Translations under genes and position numbers: made by a program
Shown here: positions 1 through 11,410 of the stretch, piece after piece
Layout of the letters: every line of letters begins with the position of its first letter
How positions within the stretch are numbered: position 1 is the stretch's first letter
Assembly: GCA_964592195.1 (NCBI GenBank)
Contig: CAZQEI010000005.1
Coordinates: 5,689 to 69,688 of the forward strand
From: an uncultured Gammaproteobacteria bacterium
GTDB taxonomy: Bacteria > Patescibacteriota > Patescibacteriia > UBA11705
Direction: 5' to 3'
Length of the DNA: 64,000 nucleotides
The notes under the pieces: generated by a model
Database searches by the model: none
Told to the model about the DNA's origin: nothing
What the model saw: the letters and a program-made list of their open reading frames with translations, nothing else

Positions 1-157
1 ACGAGCTTCATCAGAAAAAACTGAAAGATATGAATTCAATTCATTATTATTATTTTCAATGCGATCCAAATAGTGCATAACCAATTCCTGACATGAAAAG
101 TCTTTATTTTTCAATCCTTCTTGCACTTCTGTTATGGAAAGTTTATTTAAATTCATA
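1..157 (-). CDS. gatA: Glu-tRNA(Gln) amidotransferase subunit A, N-terminal fragment (gene continues past window start)
   Basis: Minus-strand translation from ATG at 155-157 gives MNLNKLSITEVQEGLKNKDFSCQELVMHYLDRIENNNNELNSYLSVFSDEAR, typical of a GatA N-terminus. It abuts the gatC stop, as in gatCAB operons. Confidence 0.55.
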
Positions 158-448
158 CTATTTATGTTTTAAAACTGATTTAACGCGCACCTGACCATCT
201 TCCACGTCTGGCGCGGCCGCTAACACTTCCTCGGCTGAATAAATCAAGTGGGACTCATCCGGCCGCGTAATGTTTTCTTGGCCAGTGATGTGATCCATGG
301 CTGGGATAGTGCTTAAGTCAACCTCGTTAAGTTGATTCATATACGTCAAAATCGACGACAGCTGGGTCGCAAATTTCTTTTTTTCTTCTTCAGTTAAATC
401 TAGCTTGGATAGTTTAGCTAGGTGGTCAATCTGTTTAAGTGAAAGCAT
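158..448 (-). CDS. gatC: Asp-tRNA(Asn)/Glu-tRNA(Gln) amidotransferase subunit C
   Basis: 96 aa with a GatC-like pattern (LAKLSKLDLTEEEKKKF...LNEVD...HITGQENITRPDE) and a position directly upstream of gatA. Confidence 0.8.
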   Translation of the reverse strand: MLSLKQIDHLAKLSKLDLTEEEKKKFATQLSSILTYMNQLNEVDLSTIPAMDHITGQENITRPDESHLIYSAEEVLAAAPDVEDGQVRVKSVLKHK

Positions 449-471
449 ATAAGCATTTTAACAAGGTAGTT

Positions 472-594
472 CCCTCTTCTGCGAGCCCCGAAAGTATTGA
501 GGGGCGTGGCAGTCTCAATTGAACTGTTACTTGTATATAATAAATTTTAAAGAGATTGCTTCGTCTCCCCGATTAAATCGGTGATCCTCGCAAA
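472..594. repeat. Composite intergenic repeat family R1, copy a: module tcctcttctgcgagCCCCG...GGGGcgtggcagtctc plus module agagattgcNcgtcNcCCCGATTAAATCGGNgaNcctcgcaaa
   Basis: Near-identical modules recur at 20897-21036, 35531-35660 and 47620-47663. They contain the palindrome cccgattaaatcggg and nested hairpins. Confidence 0.6.
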
Positions 595-732
595 TGAGGT
601 TACTATTTTACTTGCCTGCACAGACAGGAGTAGCTTCCGTCGTGTCATCCGACACGACTGGCATGTCGAATGACATGCCGTAGTTCAGAATTAATTCAAT
701 CTATTCTATCCGTAGAATCCGTAGCCTTGTAA

Positions 733-1047
733 CTAAATCGCAACCCCATATAATCCTGCGATAATCGATGTAATCCTACGGGCTTCGTTCTCCACCAACT
801 CACCCTCATACTCCCCCGAATGCGCAGTCGAACCTTCATAGGAAACTTCTTTTTGGTCAATATGAATGCTGAAATCAAAATGGTCTTCAAACTTTTTAAT
901 ATAAACGTGGAAGCGTGGATAATGACCACTTCCCAGTGAACGCTTATAACTGGTTTCTTTGGTGTGAAAGCTGGTAATTTCACCATAACCACACCGACGA
1001 ATCAAATCTTCCGGGTTATATTCTTTGTATGGAAAACTAAAGTTCAT
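733..1047 (-). CDS. hypothetical protein (104 aa)
   Basis: An ORF with no recognisable motif. The overlapping ORF 696-992 in another frame is probably spurious. Confidence 0.3.
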   Translation of the reverse strand: MNFSFPYKEYNPEDLIRRCGYGEITSFHTKETSYKRSLGSGHYPRFHVYIKKFEDHFDFSIHIDQKEVSYEGSTAHSGEYEGELVENEARRITSIIAGLYGVAI

Positions 1048-1048
1048 A

Positions 1049-3088
<2,040 letters not shown>

Positions 3089-3223
3089 TTAAATCATTAT
3101 AAGTGCCTTATTATTTACATCCCCATTTATGGGGGAGTAAAAGTCAACCAACATGGCAAAAGAAAATATTTTTTCAAAGGTTAAAAAGTTCCAACTCCCA
3201 CCTAAAGGTGGATGTAATAATAA

Positions 3224-3763
3224 CTACACTTTAATCAATGTCACCACCAACGGCGTATATTTAAACTGCTTTTTCAAACTGGCGATGCATTTCAACAAAC
3301 TCGAAACTTTTATTTCCTTGCGTTTTCCTTCCCACGGATCAACGATCGTTGCTTGATTACTTTCTATTTTTTCTAAAACAATATAATGCCCGGCATGATC
3401 AGCATAATATTCATATTCCAAATATTTGGCATCCAAATAAACCAAAATCGGCTTATTTTTTGACCAGCGTTTTAAATTCACCAAAGATATTTCACCACCT
3501 GACACTTGAATATATTCGTTATCTTTTAACATTTTCTTCAAGTGCTTTTTGTATTGTTCAAATTCAACGATTACTTTTAATTTAACATGATACTTATTCA
3601 CAAACTCAGACAAAACACCAGGATGATAATCTAAATATTTCTTTTTCAACCCATTCAATAGCAACTGACCTTCAGCAGCTTTCGACATTTTGACACCAGT
3701 TAACATCGCCAAAGCGCATAGACCGCAACTTTGTGTATAATTTTGTTCTAACGGTTTAATCAT
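3224..3763 (-). CDS. standalone peptidase C39-like (papain-fold, double-glycine-leader peptidase-like) domain protein
   Basis: N-terminal Q-x4-SCGLCALAML matches the C39 QxxxxCGxAxLxM[IL] catalytic Cys motif, with a later His (HAGHYIVL). There is no fused ABC transporter. Confidence 0.45.
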   Translation of the reverse strand: MIKPLEQNYTQSCGLCALAMLTGVKMSKAAEGQLLLNGLKKKYLDYHPGVLSEFVNKYHVKLKVIVEFEQYKKHLKKMLKDNEYIQVSGGEISLVNLKRWSKNKPILVYLDAKYLEYEYYADHAGHYIVLEKIESNQATIVDPWEGKRKEIKVSSLLKCIASLKKQFKYTPLVVTLIKV

Positions 3764-3960
3764 ATTAAAAATTTAAATATTTCAAATTAAACATTTATAA
3801 TCTCATTTTCGCGCATTTGACCTTCTAATTTTTGTAAACGAATTTTCGCTTCTGCTTTATTCATATATTGCAATGCAAATTAATTTCGTGTTTGGAATTT
3901 GTAATTTTGGAATTTGTAATTTGGGATTTGCCCCGAAGGGGCCCCTTTGGGGGAATTTAT

Positions 3961-5121
3961 TTATACATTTATTATTTCTTTTATCACCGTTGTGCCATTA
4001 AAACCATAAACCGCACATTGAGTGTTAGAAATCGGTTTGATGCTGGTAATTTCCTTAATACCACTATTTCTAGAACAAACCTCACCTTTATCATTCATAA
4101 CTACATGATTCCCCTCTCTATTCATCACACAATAAATTAGACGCTCGCCAACTACTTGAGTTAAACCATATTCAACTAAACGACCAAAATTACCGGGCAG
4201 GATTTCTTTGCCATCTACCCAGAGATGTTCTTCTCCTGAGCCTTCAAATGAAACAGCCACCAGTTTATTATTCCAAAACAATATCTTTTTTATCATTTTT
4301 AATTTTAACGTCCAATCAACCATTTTACTATTTATTTCAACGCCATTTTGTGCATTACTTTTACGCTGTAAAATAACCGCCAAATCATTTTCATTACGAG
4401 CAAAACCTAATATTATTGAATCTCCGGGAGCGTTATAAATTAGTCCTCCCTCAGAGACCACAGATTGACATCCCGCCATGATTGCAACAACATATAATTT
4501 ACCATCAATAAGATTAATGCCTCCAAATTTACTTACCTTATATTTACTCACCCAATCAATCCGCTTTTCATCAACCCAGATATGCAGTTTGTCAGAATTG
4601 TCTCTCCCATAAATGATAAAATGTCCATTTGAGTTTGCAACATCCACTCGATCCACAACCTCGGGGACTGCGTATTCATGCCCATTTTTCATATAGACAC
4701 CCGGCTTTAAATTATTCCTAGACTCATCACAAACCGAAACTGCATAACCATCTGGAATGCTAATTAAATTGTAGAAATTTGCATAATCCTCAGTTAGCAC
4801 ATTACCTAGATCATCCATAAGAATATCATTCTCACCATTTCTTATATGATAAACAAAACCTTTTTCAAGAGGAACAACGTTAAATATTTCAATATTTTCA
4901 CCTTCAATAAAATCACGAACATTCACACTGACAGCTTCCAACGACTCAGGTTTTACCAACCCGGCATAGTTTTCCACTTCTTTCAACAGTCGCGCCACAT
5001 GATCAGGATCTTTAGGATTACCGGTTTTGGCTAGTTCGCGCAATCGTTCATTAACATCAACCAAACTCACTGATTGCTCGTGAGTAACATCGCCGGTTAA
5101 TTTTTGTTCAAATGGTGACAT
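3961..5121 (-). CDS. N-module family protein F1 (conserved N-terminal module MSPFEQKLTG.. plus predicted beta-propeller-like C-terminal region)
   Basis: The ORF track gives 3961-5226. The homologous start MSPFEQKLTGDVTHEQSVSLVDVNERLRELAKTGNPKDPDHVARLL is at ATG 5119-5121, and the upstream 35 codons are read through a GC hairpin repeat. Confidence 0.6.
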   Translation of the reverse strand: MSPFEQKLTGDVTHEQSVSLVDVNERLRELAKTGNPKDPDHVARLLKEVENYAGLVKPESLEAVSVNVRDFIEGENIEIFNVVPLEKGFVYHIRNGENDILMDDLGNVLTEDYANFYNLISIPDGYAVSVCDESRNNLKPGVYMKNGHEYAVPEVVDRVDVANSNGHFIIYGRDNSDKLHIWVDEKRIDWVSKYKVSKFGGINLIDGKLYVVAIMAGCQSVVSEGGLIYNAPGDSIILGFARNENDLAVILQRKSNAQNGVEINSKMVDWTLKLKMIKKILFWNNKLVAVSFEGSGEEHLWVDGKEILPGNFGRLVEYGLTQVVGERLIYCVMNREGNHVVMNDKGEVCSRNSGIKEITSIKPISNTQCAVYGFNGTTVIKEIINV

Positions 5122-5212
5122 TGTATTGTATATTATGAAATCTACTTCCTGCTTTTCCGCCTGAGGCGGATCCGCCTTTGGCGGAGGAATTTTGGATTTG
5201 AAATTTGGAATT

Positions 5213-6904
5213 TTAATTTTTATCATTTAACTCATTCTCATGAACAAACATAAAATTTTCGAGATCGAATAATCGTTTGTAAAGTTTATCATCTTGGCGA
5301 TAAGTCACCCAAGCGAATGACTTTGATGCTGGTGTGATGGAAACAAAGGCATCAGAGACTAAAATGCAAGGCGCTATCACTTGCTCACGCCCTTGTTCAT
5401 CAAACATGATCCAATCATCACCATCCTTCAACCTTTTTGTGACAAAAATTACCTTATCACCCACAGGAATCGATTTTATCCCATTTCCAGTGGAAACATC
5501 AAGAATTGTCTTTATAACACCTCTATCAGGACTAAAAATTGTAGTGTAGCGACTATCCGCCCCATGTTTGGATGAATAGTACAACTTATTTTGTGAATTA
5601 TGAATCACGGCACAATCTGACAACTCTTCATTAAAAAACTTTTTAGTTATCCTTTCCCCTTTTGCATTAAATACTTGCGTTCCAAAATTTTCATAATAAC
5701 CAATCACATACACCTCCTCGCCTTGAACAACCAATGAACTAGGTGTAGAGCAACCAGATTGCAAAAAATTCATATCCAAGTTACCATTAACCGCCAGGCA
5801 GGTACTAGCGGAGACTCTTAAAGAATGAGTAGAATAAACATGCTGACTATTTTCAACTATATTAACAACCCGACCATCAACATTATTTTTAATAACCTTA
5901 CCGCTTGAATTGAGTATGTATGCTTGAGAAATATTATTTACAGGCCAACTGCCTACCAAAAAGAATCCTTGGCCCTCATTATTCACTCTCACTGCGGGAT
6001 TTGAAATATAACCTTCCAGCGGTTCGCCGGTGGGTGTCGAGCCAAGGTACCCAGGCGTATTTTTCTTGCCCCAAATTTCACCTTTGTGATCACATATATA
6101 AAAATGTTGATCCTTGTCCTTCAATGCCATAAAAACTTTATCCCCGACTGGTTGCAAATGTCCAGTAATAATATATTCATCGGGCAAATCAAGAATACCA
6201 TCACGCTCAGAATACAGGCACCACTTATTATTTTTGATAACTAAGAACATATACTGACCTTGAAATCGAATAACTGTTTGCACGTCAATTCTAGAAAATT
6301 CTCCCTTGAATCTTTTACCATCCATCGTTACCAAGGAATAAAAGCCATCCATTTCTTTCTCTTGCCAAACTGCAAAATCTCCGGACATCAAATTTTGATA
6401 ATTCGCAGTTTCATTGACAGAAACATTAGGATTGATAACTTCGTTTTTTTCATTCACAAACCTATTCGGATTAAACCCTCCATCATTCTTGTCCCCTACA
6501 AAAATCACTTGACTTCCCACTTCACCTATTTCTGTGAAAGTGACAAAACCTTTACCTCCGGAAATATCTTCATTCGATTCATTAAAAACATGAACCATAC
6601 CATCCTTGTCATCGCAGGTAAAAAACAAGTGGCCATCAAAAACATAAATATTACTTTTATCCAAATTTGCAATTTGATTTATTTCATCAGTCTCAAATAA
6701 ATGAACAATCACATCATTTAAAATTTCCGACTTTTCAATCTGATTGGAATAGGCTGCCACTAAAGACAACAAAGTCTTCACTCTTCGCGGATCACGAGTA
6801 TCACCCTCCTTTACCACTTCACGCAGGCGTTCGTTTAAATCAACCAAGCTCACCGATTGATCGTGAGTAATATTGCCAGTTAGTTTTTGTTCAAATGGTG
6901 ACAT
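5213..6904 (-). CDS. N-module family protein F2 (563 aa, beta-propeller-like C-terminus)
   Basis: Starts MSPFEQKLTGNITHDQSVSLVDLNERLREVVKEGDTRDPRRV. The C-terminal region is rich in beta-strand repeats. Confidence 0.6.
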   Translation of the reverse strand: MSPFEQKLTGNITHDQSVSLVDLNERLREVVKEGDTRDPRRVKTLLSLVAAYSNQIEKSEILNDVIVHLFETDEINQIANLDKSNIYVFDGHLFFTCDDKDGMVHVFNESNEDISGGKGFVTFTEIGEVGSQVIFVGDKNDGGFNPNRFVNEKNEVINPNVSVNETANYQNLMSGDFAVWQEKEMDGFYSLVTMDGKRFKGEFSRIDVQTVIRFQGQYMFLVIKNNKWCLYSERDGILDLPDEYIITGHLQPVGDKVFMALKDKDQHFYICDHKGEIWGKKNTPGYLGSTPTGEPLEGYISNPAVRVNNEGQGFFLVGSWPVNNISQAYILNSSGKVIKNNVDGRVVNIVENSQHVYSTHSLRVSASTCLAVNGNLDMNFLQSGCSTPSSLVVQGEEVYVIGYYENFGTQVFNAKGERITKKFFNEELSDCAVIHNSQNKLYYSSKHGADSRYTTIFSPDRGVIKTILDVSTGNGIKSIPVGDKVIFVTKRLKDGDDWIMFDEQGREQVIAPCILVSDAFVSITPASKSFAWVTYRQDDKLYKRLFDLENFMFVHENELNDKN

Positions 6905-7021
6905 TCTGTTAGATTTAAGATTAGAGTTTATAGATTGTAGATATTATGGGTGATGGTAATTGGGATAAGGATGCCAGAAAATAATATTCGTGGATTCCCC
7001 GCGTGGCGGGGCAGGCGTGGT

Positions 7022-8260
7022 CTAATTCGAGAGATCTTCCTCCGACACTGGTTCCATAATATCAACTGTCACGCAAATCGCTTGACCATCTTTAACTCCA
7101 TAAACCTTGCATATATTATCTTTTATTGGTTTCACAAAACTAATCGCATCGAATATGCCAACTCGAATGCAAGCCTCACCTTCATGGTTAACCAATCGCA
7201 ACCCATCGGAAGCATAGTCAGCAATCACAAACCCATCACCGACCTTCGTTAGTTCTTTACCATTTTCAATAATAATAAGTGGTTCTGCTGAGTCTGATGC
7301 CATCACTGTGTTCCTGGGGAAATCATTGTCAGCAACATATAAAGCCTTCCCTTCCCAAATTATGGAATTCCCAACCATATTTAAAATACGATCATCCAAA
7401 AATTTTTGATTTTTTCCTCTAATTTGTTTTATTCCGTAATGTTTATTGAACTCATCACGGTATTTAACATATAAACCATCCTCACCATCAGTAAATATTT
7501 CATTAACATTAAGACAACTAAACAATTCTTCCACTTATACCCCATCAATAAGCAAAAAATGTGTCTTATCACGCGATCCGACACAGACAATTTGATTATG
7601 ATAAAAACAAAAACTTGTAAAATATGAATAATTACTGGCCCATTCCTGTTCCTGTCCGTCAATCATCAAGGATGCAACAACTGTTTCTTTATTTCGTTTA
7701 TAGCCATCATCAGTAAAGATTATTTCGTGGCCACCAACATTCTTAACTGAAACACCTGAAAAGTTTTTATACCTGAGATCTTCTCCATTTTTTCTAATAA
7801 TCACAATATCCTCATGAAAGTCATTATGAAATCTCGATGGATGACTGCCCCTTTTACCTGTGGCAACAAATGAATCTCCAACTGATACTAAGTTGTTCAC
7901 TTCCCGTAAATTTTCAGACAAAACCTTACCTTTATTATCGACAATGATAAAATCCGAAGCTCTCCTCCCGATGATCACCGCACCACCAGCAATCGGCACA
8001 ACCTTCATAATTTGGTAAATGCCTAAATTTTCAAAATTAAAAACATCAAAGAGAACCTTCTTGCCTAATTTAATCTCATCCAAATCATCTTCAAATTCTT
8101 TTGAATATTTCTCCACCAATTGCAATAAAGCAGCAACGTTCTTTGGATCACGCGGATTTTTCACTTTTGCAGCTTCGTGCAAGCGTTCGTTAATATCAAC
8201 CAAACTCACCGCTTGATCGTGAGTAATATTGCCAGTTAATTTTTGTTCAAATGGTGACAT
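7022..8260 (-). pseudogene. N-module family member F3, interrupted by an in-frame TAA (7535-7537)
   Basis: ORFs 7535-8260 (N-module MSPFEQKLTGNITHDQAVSLVDINERLHEAAKVKNPRDPKNV) and 7022-7534 are in the same frame, separated by a single TAA. Together they are colinear with the intact paralog at 8387-9616 (both C-termini end ...ICKV.G..D..QAICVT...SEEDL). Confidence 0.55.
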
Positions 8261-8386
8261 TCTGTTAAATTAGAGATTATAGATTTTATGTGATAATTAA
8301 ATCTTATTCGTGGATTCGTGGGAAATTCGTGGATTCCCCGCGTGACGGGGCAGGCGTGGGACATTTATGGATTTGCGGTCAATATA

Positions 8387-9616
8387 TTATAGATCTTCCG
8401 CTGAAACAGTTGTCATCGTATTTATAGTCACACAAATCGCTTGATTATTTTTATCAATTCCACAAACTTTGCAAATATTACCTTTAACAGGAAGAATGTC
8501 AGTAATTCTAACAAAATCAGATGGTTCTATACATGATACTCCTAAATAATTATAAACAGTTACACCATCGCCGGAAAGATCCCTACCAATCACGAGAAAA
8601 TCTTCATTAAAAGGAATAATGCCAAGCGATTCCTTGACTGTAAACAAGGGATTATTTTTATCTTTGGTCAAAGTAATATCGAGATAGCCTTGACCTGCAG
8701 TTGAGGATGTTTTCATGAATACCATCTGACCATAATTACCAGAGTATACAACTTGGTTGTTCACAATCCTAGTTAATTCAACCTCTTTGGAATCGTCATT
8801 TGTTTGAATTTCTTTAACCAATGTTACAGTTGTAATCCGCTTATCCGTGTAACAAACAAATAATTCATCCTTGGCATTTGAAATTAAATTAGTCACAGAG
8901 TCACAATCAGGTAACTCTTCCTCTTCCTTACCATCTAAAACAAGCCACCATTTACCATCACGATAACCAGCGCATGCGATGCCTTTGCAATAAGAACAAA
9001 ATGCTTTAACCTTTATATACTTTTTTGCCCACTCTTGATTTATTCCATTAATAATAACTTTAGCGGGTAAGTTCGTTTGATTTATTTTATGATAGGCGTA
9101 GACAATTTCACAATTATCAACAATCGCAATATTTGCATATCTATAACCGATTAACGATTCGTCTTCTCCCTGTGGTCGAACCACATTTATACTACCACCA
9201 CGATGAACAAGCGCGACAAAAGAATCTGTACCAATCCTATGAGGTCTGACATAAACATGATCAAAATTATCAGAATATTTTTTCCCATCAGTATCTAACA
9301 AAATTTTACCGGACTGATCATCACCATAAATCAAGATCTTCCTGCCAAAAAGTAAAACTGACTGGATATATTTTAATCCATATCTTTGAATAATATCCGA
9401 GTTGAAAAGTATTTTTTTCCCTAATTTTGTCCCATATAATTCATCCTCAAATTCCATGGAATATTGCTCCACCAATTGCAACAATGTGGCAACGTTTTTC
9501 GGGTCACGCGGGTTTTTACCTTTTGCGACTTCACGCAAGCGTTCGTTAATATCAACCAAACTCGCCGCTTGATCGTGAGTAACATCGCCAGTTAATTTTT
9601 GTTCAAAAAGAGACAT
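8387..9616 (-). CDS. N-module family protein F4 (beta-propeller-like C-terminus)
   Basis: The homologous start MSLFEQKLTGDVTHDQAASLVDINERLREVAKGKNPRDPKNV is at ATG 9614-9616. The ORF track start at 9640 adds 8 codons. Confidence 0.6.
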   Translation of the reverse strand: MSLFEQKLTGDVTHDQAASLVDINERLREVAKGKNPRDPKNVATLLQLVEQYSMEFEDELYGTKLGKKILFNSDIIQRYGLKYIQSVLLFGRKILIYGDDQSGKILLDTDGKKYSDNFDHVYVRPHRIGTDSFVALVHRGGSINVVRPQGEDESLIGYRYANIAIVDNCEIVYAYHKINQTNLPAKVIINGINQEWAKKYIKVKAFCSYCKGIACAGYRDGKWWLVLDGKEEEELPDCDSVTNLISNAKDELFVCYTDKRITTVTLVKEIQTNDDSKEVELTRIVNNQVVYSGNYGQMVFMKTSSTAGQGYLDITLTKDKNNPLFTVKESLGIIPFNEDFLVIGRDLSGDGVTVYNYLGVSCIEPSDFVRITDILPVKGNICKVCGIDKNNQAICVTINTMTTVSAEDL

Positions 9617-9775
9617 AAGACTAATTAAAGAATAATACAAGGCTACAGATGCTACCGATATTTTCTACCGATACTACTGATTTAAAAATTAGTTCCCTGT
9701 ATTGGAATTTTCCGCCGGTCATCGACTCCGAGGTAAATGTATGTTTCGTCGCTCAGACTCGAGGAGAGGCGGATC

Positions 9776-9795
9776 CCTGCCTACCGGCAGGCAGG
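9776..9795. repeat. REP-like palindrome, near-perfect copy (cctgcctaccggcaggcagg) embedded in ggcggatcc...ttggcggag hairpin context
   Basis: One mismatch relative to the 20-bp perfect palindrome seen at 14298, 24445, 29132 and 45045. Confidence 0.55.
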
Positions 9796-9828
9796 CGCCT
9801 TTGGCGGAGATTATTGGTGCTTGGTTAT

Positions 9829-11406
9829 TTAAACTAACGGTTGCCCCGTAATATATTTCGGTATCTCCACATTCATTATTTTCAACGCCGTAGCCGTCAC
9901 ATCTGACAACAATCCAACTGGTCGCAATAAACTTAAATCATTACCAATCAATTGTGATTCTGGTGAACTCTTGCCTTGATATTTTTCACCGACGATAATT
10001 AACGGCACTGGATTAGTGGAATGGTCTTTACTGATTTCGCCAGTTTGCAAATTGCGCAATTCTTCGCAGTTACCATGGTCAGAAGTTATAATACAATTAC
10101 CACCTTTGGAAAGAACTAAATCAACTAATTGCCCTAAACAATAGTCTACGGTTTCTACTGCTTTAATACAGGCGGGAATATCACCGGTATGACCAACCAT
10201 GTCAGGATTGGCGTAGTTAACTACAATAAAATCATGTTTTTCTTGCATTAAGGCTTTGTTCAACTTGGAAGTAACTTCCAACGCTGACATCTCCGGTTTA
10301 TCCGCGTAACTAGCTACGCGCGGAGAAGGGATAACATCGCGATCTTCAGCTTTGAAGGCCGCTTCTGCGCCACCATTGAAAAAGAAAGTTACATGCGCGT
10401 ATTTTTCTGTTTCCGCAATGTGATATTGACTCAAACCAACATCACTAACTATTTTGGATAAACAAGTAGAAACCTTTTCCTTGTGCATAGCCACTTCCAC
10501 CGGTAACCCTTCTTCATATTCAGTCATGGTAATCATCTTGATATTGTTAACTTTCTTGCGGTTAAAGCTATCAAATTCATCCAAAACCAAGGCTTTAGTT
10601 AATTGTCGCGCACGATCAGAACGATAGTTCATAAAAATTACCGCATCGCCATCTTCAATAGTGGCCACTGGTTTTCCACCTTCGGTAATAACAACAGGTA
10701 CAAACTCTTCATCAAAAACTTTTTTTGAATATGAGGCTTCTACGGCAGTCACGGCATCGTCAAAAGTTTCATCGCTCGTGCCTTCCACCATGGCTTTGTA
10801 AGTTTTTTCCACACGTTCCCAATGATTATCACGATCCATGGCATAAAATCGACCGGAAACAGTAGCAATTTTCCCTATACCAATCTCTGCTATTTTCTTT
10901 TTCAACGAAGTCATGTATTCTTTACCACCATTAAAAATCGTATCACGACCATCAATAAAGCAATGCAAGAAGACATCCTTAATTTTTTGTTGTTTGGCAA
11001 ATTCCAGCAAAGCATAAGCATGTTCAATAGTGGAGTGCACTTTGCCATCGCTCATCAAACCAATAATATGCAAGCGTGATTTATTTTGGCGCACATGTTC
11101 AGCGGCTGACAAAAACTTTTCATTTTCAAAAAATGCGCCATCATTAATATCTCTATCAATTAATGGTAAATTTTGAAACAAAACTTTACCCACACCCAAA
11201 TTGGTGTGTCCAACTTCAGAATTTCCAATCTCCCCCCAAGACAAACCGACTGATTCACCAGAGGCCAATAAAGTATAAACTGGGTAATTGGAAGCATACT
11301 TATCAAAATTCGGTTTTTTCGCCAGCGAAATACTATTACTATCACAGGGTGGCGCGATCCCAAAGCCATCCAAAACAATTAACACTAAAGGTTTGCGTTG
11401 AGACAT
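9829..11406 (-). CDS. gpmI: 2,3-bisphosphoglycerate-independent phosphoglycerate mutase, paralog 2
   Basis: 525 aa. N-terminal LVLIVLDGFGIAPP...LAKKPNFD and overall colinearity with the adjacent iPGM. Confidence 0.85.
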   Translation of the reverse strand: MSQRKPLVLIVLDGFGIAPPCDSNSISLAKKPNFDKYASNYPVYTLLASGESVGLSWGEIGNSEVGHTNLGVGKVLFQNLPLIDRDINDGAFFENEKFLSAAEHVRQNKSRLHIIGLMSDGKVHSTIEHAYALLEFAKQQKIKDVFLHCFIDGRDTIFNGGKEYMTSLKKKIAEIGIGKIATVSGRFYAMDRDNHWERVEKTYKAMVEGTSDETFDDAVTAVEASYSKKVFDEEFVPVVITEGGKPVATIEDGDAVIFMNYRSDRARQLTKALVLDEFDSFNRKKVNNIKMITMTEYEEGLPVEVAMHKEKVSTCLSKIVSDVGLSQYHIAETEKYAHVTFFFNGGAEAAFKAEDRDVIPSPRVASYADKPEMSALEVTSKLNKALMQEKHDFIVVNYANPDMVGHTGDIPACIKAVETVDYCLGQLVDLVLSKGGNCIITSDHGNCEELRNLQTGEISKDHSTNPVPLIIVGEKYQGKSSPESQLIGNDLSLLRPVGLLSDVTATALKIMNVEIPKYITGQPLV

Positions 11407-11410
11407 ATAG

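Noticed and set aside
696-992. 98-aa ORF overlapping the 733-1047 ORF in another frame
   Set aside because: The two are mutually exclusive, and neither has homology-type support. The longer 733-1047 ORF is kept at low confidence.
3866-3960. Short tandem word arrays (for example ggaatttgtaatttt x3) as a CRISPR array
   Set aside because: The units are about 14 nt, with no spacers of uniform length and no palindromic 25-40 nt repeats. No cas genes are nearby.
7535-7537. In-frame stop in the F3 family gene as evidence of an alternative genetic code (stop-codon reassignment as in some CPR)
   Set aside because: The codon is TAA, not TGA. TGA, TAA and TAG all act as ordinary terminators of well-conserved genes elsewhere in the window.
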